Of a stretch of 64,000 bases of DNA, positions 63,801 through 64,000 are shown piece by piece. How positions within the stretch are numbered: position 1 is the first letter of the stretch; each line of letters opens with the position of its first letter. The notes beneath the pieces were generated by a model. It was not told the origin of the DNA and did not search any database. It saw only the letters and a list, made by a program, of their open reading frames with translations. Both the position numbers and the translations under genes were made by a program. This stretch comes from Mizuhopecten yessoensis (lineage: Eukaryota). The stretch spans positions 193,220 to 257,219 of the forward strand of contig NW_018405640.1 of the NCBI RefSeq assembly GCF_002113885.1, given 5' to 3'.

Positions 63801-63874
63801 CCCGAGGTGTCTGGAGCGGACATTTTCCAGAAGTTGGTACCCATGAAGGCTCACGAGGCATCTTCTCTGTACAG
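51871..63874 (+). CDS. PTPN23: Tyrosine-protein phosphatase non-receptor type 23 (HD-PTP), coding exons 1-10 covering the BRO1 domain; continues beyond the window
   Basis: Exons 51871-51957, 54534-54608, 55407-55534, 57372-57498, 58837-58971, 59468-59629, 60475-60633, 62452-62510, 63049-63128 and 63760-63874 are all GT-AG and splice in frame. MEAVPRMPM start, FEQACILYNIGALH, GMKVSCTHFQCA, AQAQECILEKSM, KKDNDFVYHE and DIFQKLVPMKAHEASSLY match vertebrate PTPN23 as I recall it. Confidence 0.96.
53067..53488 (-). mobile_element. Miniature LTR retroelement (TRIM) with tRNA-like LTRs, older and degenerate
   Basis: Direct repeats at ~53067-53226 and 53333-53488 with TG..CA-like ends. Minus-strand box A TAGCTCAGTGGTAGAGCG and box B GGTTCAATC. 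Internal TGGTGTCAGA (PBS-like) and purine tract AAAAAAGGGGGAA before the 3' LTR. Confidence 0.72.
53648..54023. mobile_element. Double-hairpin non-autonomous element (family H2)
   Basis: ~130 bp palindrome GCAAGACCACACACTTGTG...CACAAGTGTGTGGTCTTGC, directly followed by a segment bounded by TTTTATCACATACCT/AGGTATGTGATAAAA. Confidence 0.7.
55497..56046 (+). repeat. 55-bp x10 tandem array of the PTPN23 exon 3 end plus 5' splice site
   Basis: Unit ATGGGGGAGGGAGGAGAAGCAGCGATACCATTCACCTG|GTAAGTACAGTACATTA, period 55 from 55497. Confidence 0.97.
56300..56645. mobile_element. Degenerate double-hairpin element (family H3)
   Basis: TTTTCTCTTACCCTGGAC / GTCCAAAGGGTAAAAGAAAA inverted pair, followed by the CCCTTGAGGTGAGATTAGGAATCTT / AAGATTCCCCTATCTCACCCACAAGGG hairpin. 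Confidence 0.5.
57589..57681. mobile_element. ~90 bp MITE with TTAA-like ends
   Basis: TTCAACTCACTCACCCCTG ... CAGGGGTGAATGAGTTAA. Confidence 0.6.
58126..58869 (+). repeat. 53-bp tandem array (>=11 visible copies, contains an N gap at 58354-58519) of the 3' splice site plus start of PTPN23 exon 5
   Basis: Unit AAAATGATTTCTATTTTTAG|GGTATGAAGGTATTGTGTACTCACTTTCAGTGT; only the last copy (58837) continues into the real exon. Confidence 0.95.
60684..61694 (+). mobile_element. Non-autonomous Helentron/HINE (DINE-like) element with internal ~320-bp tandem repeats
   Basis: 5' TTAGGTCACCTGAG with matching 3' subterminal CTCAGGTGACC, (GTCC)-type microsatellite, repeats starting ~60851/61171/61491, and 3' palindrome AGGCCCTTGGGCCT followed by CTTGTT. 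Confidence 0.85.
62694..62775. repeat. ~21-bp tandem repeat (4 copies)
   Basis: TATAGGTCAGAGGTCACACAT-type units. Confidence 0.7.
63154..63580 (+). mobile_element. Miniature LTR retroelement (TRIM) with tRNA-like LTRs (Helenus-like)
   Basis: LTRs 63154-63308 and 63429-63580, both TGTCA...ACA. PBS TGGCGCCCACGCAGGGAC at 63310; PPT-like GGGGAGTATA before the 3' LTR. Each LTR contains TAGCTCATTCGRTAGAGCG...AGTAA...GGGTTTGCCTCC. Flanks TTAA/TTGA. Confidence 0.88.
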
Positions 63875-64000
63875 GTATGCTACAGTCGAATGGAGTCAGT
63901 CTGTAAAGAAAATGTTGGCCTGTTAGGTTTTAGTAATGGACTGTTCCAAAATCAACTGTAGGGGAGGCAGGGCGGAGGTATTTTCTGAGACACCACTGCC

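Overview
AT-rich, intron-containing animal DNA, not prokaryotic. Gene and repeat content point to a mollusc, probably a bivalve (inference). Genes from left to right: (1) one minus-strand Ig I-set exon (4078-4373) of a gene that continues out of the window; (2) two divergent, single-coding-exon, RING-less TRIM-like genes (B-box/B-box/coiled-coil/NHL-like propeller); (3) two tandem, five-exon, secreted EPN/WND C-type lectin paralogs on the minus strand; (4) the first ten coding exons (BRO1 domain) of PTPN23/HD-PTP on the plus strand. The rest is dense with mobile DNA: Tc1 derivatives, three LINE remnants, a SINE, Helentron/HINE-like elements, MITEs, hairpin elements, two miniature LTR elements with tRNA-like LTRs, and several 53-81 bp minisatellites. 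The most unusual features are: (a) three separate duplications of exon-intron junctions inside PTPN23 (a 10-copy donor array, a >=11-copy acceptor array and a dispersed acceptor copy); (b) an A-S-A'-B-T-B' double foldback filling the 9 kb between the divergent lectin and PTPN23 starts, whose centre is an inverted end-to-end junction of the whole block; (c) the tRNA-LTR miniature retroelements. All coordinates were read by eye and no database searches were run.
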